The notes below the pieces were generated by a model. The model was given only the letters and a program-made list of their open reading frames with translations. It did no database searches and was not told the DNA's origin. Of a stretch of 64,000 bases of DNA, positions 40,301 to 53,500 are shown one piece after another. Source of the stretch: Magallana gigas. Its lineage: Eukaryota. The translations under genes and the position numbers were made by a program. The DNA lies in contig NC_088855.1 of the NCBI RefSeq assembly GCF_963853765.1, positions 5,270,001 through 5,334,000 on the forward strand. The letters are read 5' to 3'. Each line of letters begins with the position of its first letter. Position 1 is the stretch's first letter.

Positions 40301-43300
40301 CATTATAATATGCATGGGTGTATTTTAATGAAGGGAAAACTGACTCATAGGTGCAGTTTATAGTGGCTTAGGTTAGCAGTACTTTGTAAAAAATGTCCGA
40401 ATCCAATTACCGAATAGATCATGTGACCTGCTTGTTCTATGTTATAGCTGGGTTATGAATTCAATCTCTTGGTAATTTTATTGAAAGAAAATAAGTATCC
40501 ATATCTGACAGATGAATCTAAATTGAATTGAGTACTATGACATTGTTCTTCCATCGCAGTAACAATCTGAATCCTATGAACAATTTATGAAGTTGCACTG
40601 ACATTAATCAATAGATAATTTATGGCACAGTTCCCGGGATTCACTTCTATTTGTTATGCCTTTTCAGTTTTTATCTGTTGAAAAAAATTAAAGCTCAATA
40701 TTCCAGGCTGATTCACTCTGGACAGGTGCTCTCTCAGATTCCGCAATTTCTTTTTTTACGGACATCTGCTGGTTTGCTACGAAACTTTCAGTCTCGCGAC
40801 ACAGCTTCTATGGAGTTCATTGAATTTTGTCGTCAATAGAAGGCTTAATACCCAGCACGTGTCCTCAGTATAATTATTTCAATAGAAAGGACACTCATTA
40901 AAAAGCAACTCTGACCGCTAGCTGAATACTGTTCATAACTCTACATCAGAGCTAGCCAAGGGTGAAATTGCAAAGATCTTCACTTTGAAATTTGTTTGCT
41001 GCATCTTTTTGTAAAGTGCTGATCAGTTGTTTGTAATAATAATGCGGATGAGGAATTTCTTGTGATTATGAGCTCATTTTAATTTGCTGGACGATAAATT
41101 CAGAAACTGGTGACCCTTGCAGCCCAACACTGTCACTTTTTGTCCTGGTAGTGCACACAAGAGCAGGTTTCTGTGTGACCATTGTGAGTGCATTCAAATC
41201 CATCTTTTAGGAGCAGGAGATTAGGTGAATTAATCCCTTTTTGAGTGCAATATAATATTGAGCAATTTGTTTGTAATGAGGGGATGCTTACTAAGGATAA
41301 TTCAGCCCTTGTGAACTCTGAAGGCTTGGATAAATAAATGCTGATATTGATTGGATGATATTGCTGTAGATTATGACATTCAGTGACATAGAACTTCGAT
41401 TCAGTCTTGAGTACTCCAAAAGTGCCTGAAACCATGAAGACTTGTGCTATTTCTTCCCATGGATACAGTCCTAAATTAATCGGCCGTGCAGCAACATTCA
41501 AGGTAAAACTGCTCCATAGCTGGCCAGTCAAAAGAACAGGTTTTGTGTATGTTTTCTTGAGAAATGTTGCACTAGATTTGAAATTATTTGATATGCTGGC
41601 CATTCTCTGTTGTTTATAATGAATTTTTATTGGTAGTCACAATTTGTGTATAATATTGCTGCCACTGATGGATGAAATTACATCGATTTGTGCTCTAATT
41701 AAAATGGTATATACCAGTGCATGAAACAGGTTTGCTTGTGCATTATGCAGTTTTATAATAAATGGATTAGAGATTATTTATTCTTGAGATGTCCTCAAAA
41801 TTATAGATAAAACATATCATATATGTCAACAGAACTTGAACAAGTACTAAAGAAAATTTTTATTTATCAACAAAATGCTTTTTCTCTATTTCACCTGTTT
41901 AATGCAGAAACTTTGCTAAATAACACAAATGTTTATTGTAATGAAGTGACAGAAGTTGTATAAACAGATAAGCTGTACGGTAATACATTGAGATACCCAA
42001 TGGCGGGGTCCCAAACAGTTCCATTTGTACTTCAGAGTTCCTCTCAAAGTACAAGGTATAGATTCCCAATATGGAGGCCGCAATCTCATTAAAGCTATTC
42101 AGTTTGTGAAAAGTGTAATCAGGGTATTAACTTGATTATTGACAAAGTTTTGTTTTGATTTCTTTTGTGTTTGATTGAACCTATTGACTTTACATTCAGT
42201 CATGATGTCATAATTTGGACCCATGCATTCCAGATTTTTTAGCTTAGGGAAAGTTACTATCAATCTACTGACTCGGAATTCTCTTTCTTGTCAGTAAGTT
42301 GAATCAAAGTGCATGGGAAAAAAGCATGACTTAATAATAGATTGTGCCTTAGAACAAAAGAATTTTCCCTATTTTAAAAAGTATTGCTGCTATCTATTTG
42401 TGGTCTGATATTTGTTAAAAATAGTCCATGCTGATTTTAGGACTTTACAAACTAGTTAGTTCCTGATGATGCTAATTTATTTGTAAGTACTTGTTTGTAC
42501 TTTATAAGTCCTGGTTTCACTATAGTATGCATAAAGAATAATTAATTATCACGAAATGACTCAAAAGTTCAAGCACTGAATTTGGAACTATTCAGCATTT
42601 AGCAGTCAGTACAAAAAAGGGAAGAACGAAATGATTTAGAGTCTATTAATACAAGATTATGCAAAACCAGTCAAATATTCATTTTTTAAATATTTTGCAT
42701 CTTACTTAATGTACTTTTATTACTTTTGATATATCAAGTATCATTGGTGGATCATCTTGTATGTAGGAAATCATTGTTAATTCTCTACAGTGCATATTCC
42801 TCTCTAAATTCTTTCTCTCATTCTCAGACATGCATTTTTTATAAAAAGGAAAAAAATGCTACAAAAAGCCAAAAAAAAGCACATATTTTTGTGTGTGCTG
42901 CCCTACAGAAAAGTGTAGTTGACAAGCCGAATCAATGCACTTTCCCATCAAATTAATGACTCCATATGATATTCTCTAGTGTTCAATAGAACAAGCTAAC
43001 TGTAACCTCCTGTTGCCATTAATATTCCATACTGTGATGTTCCAACAATAAGATTCATCTTGTAATTAAAACTAATAGAGGAGAAATGATTAATGCTTTC
43101 AGAAGTACTAATTTGATTTTCCTGAAATAATTGTCTGTTGACTGCCAGGAAAGGCCATTAGACCCTGTGGTTTGCAGTTGCAATTTAAGAGCTTGCACAC
43201 AATGCGCATTGTGCATTGTACATGATATTTTGGGGCTATTTCCATGGCTATCTGATGACATGTGAGAAATTTCTTTTTATACATCATTTATGCTTAAAAA

Positions 43301-45982
43301 AAAATATGTTTCATAATAGTTATGTAAAAAAAAAAAAATGAGTTTACAAGTTTATTTCCTATTCTTTTACTGTATCAAAATAGGCTGGCGACATATTATA
43401 GATGTAAGAAAATATGTAGGTGTCAAAGGTCAAGGTCATTTTTCCTTTGACAGTGGTCTTTTCTTCACATTAGATTTCTTTCAATTTCCAATGAATTTGT
43501 TTTTGAATTATTACATAATTCAAAGGCGTGGAACTTGTTTCTTGTGAACTTACAGAACTAGAGTTTGAACACAGAAGACTCAGGGAAAAGACAGCCCAGT
43601 AGCTATAGCCTATTCTGACAAGTACACATTGATGTATGGAGATTTTTCTTTCTTCTGACTGACTGAGTGTATTTTTGAAAGAGAAGCATTTTGTCAGACA
43701 TAAAATGTGATCAAAATGACAGATAATTTGAATACTGTTATTGATGGGAGAATTGTGATTAACAAGGCTATTGATTTTATAACAAAGAGCACTTGATGAA
43801 GAAGAAAGTTGATCGCTGATGATGATTACATCCACTCACTCCATCCTAGTGCATATCTGCTGCGTTAATACAGATTTCGTTAATACAGATTTCATTTGGA
43901 AGCTTCCATTATCATGGGCAGAAATCATGGCTGATCCACTGAGTACCGAGAACAGTTAATTGTTTGTCATTTTGTATTTAATTTTGAATTACTGAAATTT
44001 AAATATGGACATTTTTAAGCCAATGCCATTTTTCAGTGAGAGAAAGAAGGAGAAAATTTCAGAATTGTTTAGCAGTGTAATTTTCATTTGAATTTGGGAA
44101 GTGTGGGGGGGGGGGGGGGGAGAGGGGGGTTGAAATTTTGTGGATTAGGATTTCTTGTGGGTTATGAGAGAATATTAAGAGGTTTAGCTTCTTCTTTTTT
44201 AAACTCATAAGTTTGTTTCATAATTTACAGACTGATGATATAAATTTGAAGGTTAAGGGCACCTGGGAATTTCAGCAAAAATAGTTACCATAAATCACTT
44301 TAATAATTTAATAGATAGTAATAATGACTGTAGATATATTTAATCTTGTCAGATCACAGAATATGTTTAGTTGACTGTATAATTATTTGTTTTGCATATG
44401 CAAATATTTGTTTTGACTCCAAAAAAGGTTCATTTATGTTTTATTATTTTGATATCTTTTGCAATATCTGAACTGATGATTCAAAAGCATTATTTGAACA
44501 CACACACAATTTAGCAAAAGAAATTGCAATCACAGTTAGAATACAAATGTTGAATAACATGGTTTTGAAAAGAATTAGGTATAAAATATGGTTTAATATG
44601 CCTGTGGTACATCATTACATATATGTATTGATATATCAAACCATTAACCAGTATTTATTAGTCAAGATGGTAATAATATTGTGAGAGGAAAACAATCGCA
44701 AATTAAAACAGAAAATGCACAAATTGTTTCCAGTGTTGAATAGCAGGGTTTTAATTAGTTGATGACAGTGAATGATAGACATTCTGTTTGAACTTCAAAG
44801 TTTTGGGCCAGTCTGTGATCGGGAGTTTTATTGAGGGACTGTGACACACTGGAGGGATGAATTAAGGTCTATAATTTATGTGACCATTTCCTAGCTTAGG
44901 TGATCTTTAATGGGGGTTATTTTGTCATAAAATGCCAATCAATGTCAACTATGAGCCCTGACCCCGATGGTCAAGTCCAAAGGTATTATCTACACTGCAT
45001 TCAGAATGCATTCAAGTCGTCAGGAAAAAGGAACATGCATAAAACGGCTGTTATGACCTTGTATAACAGGACAAATGTATTAATCTTAATTGCTTTTATA
45101 TGTGTCATATTCATTATCAGAATCAAAGGACCTCCAACTTTATTTCTGTAATAGAAAAGCCTACTTTGTAAGTATTATCTCCAGTAATGAAATGCAGGAA
45201 TATGGTAATGGCAGGCGGGGAATAGGTCAGTGGAACAAATTTAAATTTAGGCTGAGGGGAATCCACATTTCACACCTTTCCTACATTTATGTAAATCTTC
45301 AACTTTTGATCGATCACTTTATGCAAAGAATGACTGCCGACAAAGACGTGCAGATTTATGCATCAAAAGCTATATGCATAATAATAATGCTCTCTATCTT
45401 CCTATCAAATTTTACTGGAGGGGATCATTTGTTAAACAATAGGAAAAATAGTTTAGATATGGCTGTAGTTACTTAGTTGCTGTTGGGTGACATTCTTGTC
45501 TTCTCTTTTATCCATCAGAAAAATTGCAATAAAGAAACCTTGCAAAAGTAAGTTAGTGGGGTTTTTGTGTATTTTTCATAAGTTGTTTTAATATTTTTTT
45601 GGTTGCCCATCTCTTTTATGAGTCCTATGGGATAAAAGCTCAGCTTTAAATCATCCAGTTCGTTCTTTTGTTTAATAATCTACTGTAATCTGTCATTTAT
45701 ACCTGATGAACAAACAATTTTCTTTTTCCTGCAAGTTCTAGTCTGAGTCACATGATCCCGGTCTTTGGGAGTCATGTGACCAAGATGACAGGTGTTATAA
45801 TTAAGATGGCACATTAATACACAGGTGAGCCCTCAGTCAGTCGAGAGAAATCTAAGGTGTTAGCTGTGCTTCAGATCATCTGTTACTCAATCACTGGATC
45901 ACAAACTTGAGGGTTTATTTCTTGGAAACTTTTGAGTGAACTTGCAGGAGATGTACCTTTGGTGTCGTGACTGATTGTAACA

Positions 45983-45997
45983 ATGTTGGATATCGAG
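45983..45997 (+). CDS. Candidate first coding exon of TOX (MLDIE, phase 0)
   Basis: ACAATG context, GAG|GTACAG donor, in frame with the TFHTPSF exon; motif-rich region 45740-45900 just upstream. Inference only. Confidence 0.35.
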
Positions 45998-48900
45998 GTA
46001 CAGTTGTGTTTGTTGATTTATCTGCAGGAATCTAGTCAATATTTTATCACCCCTCTTTGGAGTCTACCTGTGTACTTTAGCTAATATTTAGAATTGAACT
46101 GGTTGGGTTAGCAGGGAGTATAAGTGTTGGCCTGTATTATTTGTTTCAATCTCTCTTTACGGCCTTGTGATCCATCAATTCACCATGTCATTACACCATT
46201 CAGTTCATTCTGACCAGGTTTATAAGTTTGTGATACTTGACAGTGTTGATGTTTGGACGGTTAAATAGCCCGGGGTACAGGTACATGTATTTACAAAGGT
46301 TAACGAGTATCGCCGCAGCACTCTTGGGTAACTGTAGCCCTGTTGGATTTACCTGTATGACTAGGGTAGTTAATTTCAAACCCCTACAACCTCAACACAT
46401 GGTCCACAGTCTCATATTGTTACAACTCTGTCTTAATGGATATGTGTACGGCACAGCTAAGAGAATTATAATGTGAAATTTGGATGTTCCCTTTGTTATT
46501 ATTGTGAGAGGCCAAAATTTTTCGATTACCAGTAGGTCTGCTCTGATTTAGCTTAAATTCAATATTTTTGATTGTTAAAGAAATTTTTAAGAATAAGTTT
46601 GATTGACCTCAGAAATATTATGGCTGATAAGGGCCCGTCTTGCAGTATTTGAGGCAGTATGGGAAAATTCCCATTACCTGCATTGTTGTCCAACTGACTT
46701 AAATATTTAGGTGAAATTTGAATGAATATGACAAATATCAATCCTTGTATCAATCTAACGTGATCTATTAGAATACCATACACTGAAGGAAGCCACTTTT
46801 TTGTCCTGTAGATTTTGTTTTATTAAATAAGAGTTTATAGTTATTGCAAGTTACTGAAGATAATAAGTTAAGATAATTCTGCCTTTGTTGCTGTCTGCTG
46901 CTTATCCTGTACAAATATGCAGACGTGATGATTCTGATCTCATGAATGGTTATCAATCAATGGAGATTTACCTTCATAATTAAATTTATGAGTTACTATA
47001 ATATTATATATTTATGCATATATTTATTTTTGTTATAATTTTGATGATTTTTTTTTTTTGCAGAGCCCAGCGATTTCTAGTGGTCTCCCATTTCTGTCGT
47101 CGTCGGTAATGGGTGATGTGTGTGGACCGGAAGCCACGTATATAACCAATGAGGTAAATCGATTCAAATTCTCACACCTCACTGAAATCTAAACAATTCA
47201 TGCAACAAAAAAACATTTACTACGAAAACCCAAATCTATTGCTGTCAGAAAAGGAGGGATTTTTTCTACTTAGAGTCATCTGGTGCTTTTCTGACATGTT
47301 GGATTTAAACCCCCTTACAAAAATATATTTAATCAATTAAACATTTAATAAAAATGGGAAAAACCATTAATCGGAACCAATTCTCATCTTATTACTGAAA
47401 ATGAATAATGAATTAATTTTTTTCTTACCGTGTTTAATTGCTTTGTAACTTAAGCAAAACTTTGAAGATAAATCTATCATTTATGCACTACCCTTGCATA
47501 TTTTATAGTTTGTGTCTAGTAATAGATTTCTTTATTTAGTTATAATTTTAAATCATCAAACCTGAAAAAAAATTCAATAATGCATAGAGAATTATTAAAG
47601 TTGGGGGGGGTCTACATTGCGTGGTATTTCATTGAATGAAAGTCATTCATAGGTCAGATTGATCCCCTGGAGCAGGAATACACAGCATGCATCTGATGAA
47701 GTAATAGATCTTTTCTTATGGCCTTCTTACATTAATGGACTAGCTAACAGTACATTAATGTCATGAACTGCACTGGGGTCACCTGTAAGGTTACATTGTG
47801 TATTCATGTTGACCCCAAGTTCACTTGTCAGCATAAAAGTGTCATTTTCTGCCAACATTCATGTTAATCTTCCAAAGGATGCATACAAAATAGACATAAA
47901 ATTATCATTCACTGTATAATTATTGTATGTTGCAATATTGGGATTATTGTCTTTCTCTCCCTCTCTCTCTCTCTCTTCCACCCCCCCCCCCTCCCTTACA
48001 CAAAAAAAAAAATGTTCAGATGCAAAAAATGTTCTGTGAAAAGTTGAAATCAAAATTATTTCATTTATTTAATTTTTCTATTTTAGGATATAAATAGTGT
48101 TGCAGTACATATACAATAAATTAAACTTTTCATATTTAAAATGATAATAAACTTGAATTAAAAGAGCTAGTTTTATGTCTTTGTTAATACATGTATAAAG
48201 TTTACTGCACATAGCAGATACATGTACAGTTTAATATCTGGATGATTTTTTTAAAGGAAGCATTGTTTTTCTGATTTATTTTATCTATTTAATACACGAG
48301 GCTGCATTTTATATAAATGAGTAATATTTTTTAAAACATACAAACTTGTGTAATTGTTATGAATGTTTCGATCATGAGATATTTATTTAATTAATCAAAG
48401 TAAATTGAGAGTCAATAAAAGTTAATGAAATCAGATTGCTTGTGAAATGCTAAAAATATTTCAGTCATGTACCATGTATATAAATGTTTAGAAATATATA
48501 CTTTCAATTTTATTAATAAGTATTAATGTGCATTTTGTATGCTATTTAAAAGAGAAATATTAAAATACTGTAACTCCAAAAATAGCTTAGTAGTGCACTT
48601 TGAATTTTGGGGCATTAACAGGTTAAATACAAATAAGAAAAAAAATACTTTATCAAGATGTGTCTTAAAATATTTTTTTTAAAAACCAGTCAAATATTTT
48701 GCAAGGTTTTCATGTTTTTATTCAATTTCTTTATTAATTGTAAAATACTCTGTTGGACAAGAGGAAGAAAGAAACTTTTTTTTTTAAATTTATTTATAAA
48801 TATAAGATTTAAATGAAAACTTAAACTTAAACAAAAATGAAATGATTATCAAGTATACCAGTAAAAAAAAGTTATGTTAAGTTTAAGAAAATAAAATTGT

Positions 48901-50540
48901 GCTTTGTAAAATGATAGCATATGAAAAGTTGAGTGAAATAACAAATGGTTTTAAATTTGTAGAAATTTGATAGAAAGATGCATTTAAATACATTGGTATT
49001 CATTGACCATATGTCAGAGTAATTTAAGAGCCTATTTTATCGTATGTCGTAATCCAATTTCTACCTGGAAAATCGGTGAGTTTATGTGCTGAGAGAACAA
49101 TCAGGTAAAGAGTCACATTGACGCACCTGTTACTGGGGATAACAAGTCTTGAATTTGCTGAAAAGGTTTTGGAATGAGTGCAAATTATTATCAATATCTA
49201 CAGATTTTTCCACATATTTTTTTTTTCATCTGTGACTCTACCTCTATAGAAATTAATACATACACAAGGAAAGAGGACAGATTAGCATCAAGAGGGTTTT
49301 CGCAGACTTTGTTTGGCGAATGTCTAGTGACAAATTAAGATAAACTTCCTGGTTAATGTGATTTTAAACCAGTTAACCATATCCAGCCAACAGTTGTTTC
49401 TGATATCTTAAGGTTGTGTGTAAAAGTTGTTTCTTGACAGACAACAGGTGGTGATCGAGGATCCCCGAGCCTTTGTTTGGGTATTTAGTCCTTTCTCCCA
49501 TGTTACAGGATAAAAAGACTGGATAACAGTTAACATTACTTTCTGATGTTTAATTCCAGACATGTTGGGCTAGCAAAGTGTCGGCCCATGTCAGAATCAT
49601 AATTAAACAGCCAAATTTCCCAAGATGGTTTTGAGATAATTATTGAAAGGTGATTCACTTGGTTAAATTTTGATCAGATTGACTCAGTATCACTGATCCA
49701 TGAACAATTAGAAATGCCATATCATTGCAATTTCAGTTTTTGTGTTTGGCTGTTTTAAATGTCATTGCAGATCAAATGCACAAAATGGAAATCAGAGACA
49801 AAATATTTGTAAGGTGGTTCTTTCTTATTTTTTTAATGATATTTTAACCTAGTTTTAGGGTGGTCATGGCAAAACATTTTTTCATTACAGTTTAGATAGT
49901 ATTTTATGACCTATATGTGTTCATACTTCAATAATTAATCTAAATTGTTATTGTAATTTAATATTTCTGCATTCACAGTGCAGAATCTTTATAATAACCA
50001 ACTCCATAGCCCCCCTCTTAATTTATTCAAAACCATGTTTAAAGTATGCTATTTCCACTTGGAGAATTCATGATCTCTGTAAAGATTGGGAATTTCTTTG
50101 AATAATTGATGGCAATTGACAATTTGATTTCCCGGCCTCCTCACCATATGTTATTTGGTTTTGGTTTTCCTCTATGATGGGAAAATTTTCATTTTTTTTT
50201 TTTAATTTTTTCTTCTTTTTTTGTGGGGAGAGGGGTCCTTGAAAAACCCAGATTGGTCAGATGAAAGAATTGGGTAAAAGAAATTGACCCAATTTGAGAA
50301 ACCATGCCTAGGTTACCTGAGCCCCTATGTTAATCAATAACAGACCTTAATTAATTAGTGTATCTAACAGAATATGAGACTAACCTCTTAAAAGTATCGT
50401 TCATGCAATTGGATTTGATGGTTGGTTCACTAATTAGATTTTATGTCTGTGCACATATTACTGTAACATCAAAATTGTCTAATGGTATTATACATAGTCT
50501 TCTTATGATTTTAATTTCAAGATTTTTCTTTTCCTTTCAG

Positions 50541-53500
50541 ACATTCCATACTCCAAGTTTTGATGACGATTTTGACATCACACCTTTGAACTCCCTTCCA
50601 GTATCTAACAGTGTGTCGCACGCCTTACCGCAGGTCCAGACCAGCTACTCACAGCATTCCTACCCTCAGTTTGTCTCCCATCAATATCATCCCTACTCAC
50701 AGCATCATCACACCCCAGTCACCAGTGTTGCCCCTTTGAGTACAACACCGATATTTCCCCCTCAGAACTTTGATATTCCTGACATTTCCCTCACAAACAA
50801 TTTTGACCCCTTAGTGAATTCTCTGACGTCTATGGCCATGATGACCAGCTCTATAGACAATGGCAATCCAAATTCATCTTTTGTGCAGTCCTCAATGGCT
50901 GTCACCGCCCCTACAATGGCCAACAATGCTGCTATCTCAGTCATTAAAATGGACGACAAATATATGGAACCGAACCAGCAGACTTCTCCAAGCCACAGCT
51001 CGAACTCCATCTCTCCACCAAGGGAAAGCAGTGAGGATAGCAGCGATGATTGTCTCCCCCTGGCCCAGGTAAATATTCAAATAATTTGAATAATGATTTT
51101 CCAAATTCATGCAACTACTTAGGGTACCCTCTATTAATTGCGGAATGAAATACATGTACTGCTTATTTTGTATGACATCGTTTTTCTAGTAAGCATCTTT
51201 GAAGTCATTGCAAAAACCCTTACCGGTAGTTCTAGATGATGGTTTGAAAAAAAAAATTGAGTGTACTGAAATAAAGCCACAACCTTTTTTTTTTTTTATA
51301 AAGTACATGTTTCTTTTTTTTTGGTAATTAACAGCTCCTTTTTTAACTTAGATCATACATTGTTGGGTTTTCCTTTTTTTTTCTTAGAAAAAAAAAATTA
51401 GCACCGTAAACCATCTGTTGTTGACAAGTGTTGACCCCTGTGTTTTAAATAACTTTTTTAACTCATAAAACTGCACACTTGATCTGATGTAAACACACAG
51501 ACTCGTTCAAGATTTCTTATCACTAATATTTGCCGTATTTGGAGTCCTTTTAAATTTTTCCCTATGCAGCATTCTTGTAGCACCTGTTGTTGTTAAACAA
51601 GATGTGATCAGGAGATTTTATCATTTCTGTGTTGCACAACTCGGCTTTCATTTGAAAATATCCAGTGACAATCGTTAATAAAAAGCAGATTTAAGCAAGA
51701 ATTTATTTGTAATTATACTAATATGCTACATTTGACGCCAAAATTATTAAGTAAACGAAGCAAGAAATTATCATGAAACCAGTGACTCACATTTCACTTT
51801 ATTTAATGCAAAAATCTAAAATCACTTTTACTTTGAAAAAAGGGGGGGCACATAATTTTGCAATTAAAGTTGTACATAATTTAGAATGTAAAATTAATTT
51901 GATCCAGTTTATAAAAGTGGTGGTTTGAAAAATATTGTCTTATTGACTTTGAATCAACAATTTTCTTATTGGAATACTTTGATAAGTACATGTATAATCA
52001 TTAGATAGAAATTTGACCTATCAAAACATTGCATTGTATTAAATGTTGTACCCTAGAATTTGAAATGAGTAAATGGTAGAGAATGTATCACCTGTTGTGC
52101 TTACCTGTGTAAATTATAGATATTGTGGTTACCTATGAATGATCAAATACATCATTATAAAGGTAACCAATGTTATCCATTGAAATGTAAGATATTTAGG
52201 CTATTCTTTTAGGGTAAAAACATTGAGCTTATTCAAGGTAATTCACCGTTACCTCAACTTAGCTGTGTTTACATAAGGTTTACTTCTTGTGCTAATATTT
52301 TGATTAAGCATGTGTACATATTGAATATGTAAAGTTTGTGTAGATTTGACACAAATGTGACATGTGTGCACATGTATACATTAAAACAATGACATACTTT
52401 TTGGTGGTTCATGCTGGTATGAAGGTAGCAAACATTGCTAAAAAATATATACCGGTATATTGCTAAAGCAAGACAAATTGAAACTCATTAGATACACCTG
52501 ATTTTTGTCAGGATTCAAGTGTAAGGACAATCATAAATACTAGGGGAGAAAACACGTAAATATGATATAAAGTAAATACAGGTATGTGTACAGTACTTGC
52601 TGACATTGCTTCAATGTAAAAAGAATTAACAGAAAAGATACATGTATTTAAATTTGCATAAATTAACGTGTAACCTGTTTATGTTCACAGCTCATGAAAA
52701 GACAGGCAGCAGCAAAATCAATTGTTGAAGAGAAGGAACCCTCCCCTCCTCCTCCAACTGGAGTCACTAAAACCAGAAAAACACCCAAAAAGAAGAAAAA
52801 GAAGGACCCTAATGAGCCTCAAAAGTAAGAGACCTGTTACTCTCGACTTTTCATTTTATTGATGTGTTTGGTATTAATCATGTTTGAAATATTTTATTGA
52901 AGAGAGTCTATGTAAGAATTTGTTTATTGTACCTTCACCAATGAAATAGTGTACCTTCATTGCTTATATTTTTATTGCACAGGCCAGTTTCAGCCTATGC
53001 CTTATTTTTCCGGGATACACAAGCAGCAATAAAGGGAGGGAACCCCTCGGCCAGTTTTGGTGAAGTCTCCAAAATCGTAGCTTCAATGTGGGATAGCCTG
53101 GACCCGGACACTAAAAATGTAAGTAACTTACATGTACGTCAAATTTACAAGCAATCTAATGGGAAAGGAATTTTTAAACCATTCATGGTCAAAAGATTTT
53201 TATCACAAAAACATCACTAAGGGAGCTAAATTACAAAAATCCCTACGGCCACAAGAGTCTGATTTTAAATTTTGGAAAGTTTATATTTAAGTGTTTAATT
53301 ATGAAAGAATGATACTTTAAAAACAATAAATAAACTAATACACAGAGTCTAAATCATGATGTTGACCTGGTACTGTGGATTTGGAATAACACATTCTCCA
53401 TAGTAAAAACTGCTGTTATTGTCAGGGATAATTTGAGGCCATTTTTACAGAAGTGGCCATTAAGGAGCATCAGATAGAACAAGATTGATGGAGCCATGCT

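Noticed and set aside
43470-45476. ORFs of 121 and 128 aa (43470-43835 minus, 45090-45476 plus)
   Set aside because: No recognisable domains or splice-consistent partners; the plus-strand ORF has a non-ATG (TTG) start; composition like intergenic DNA.
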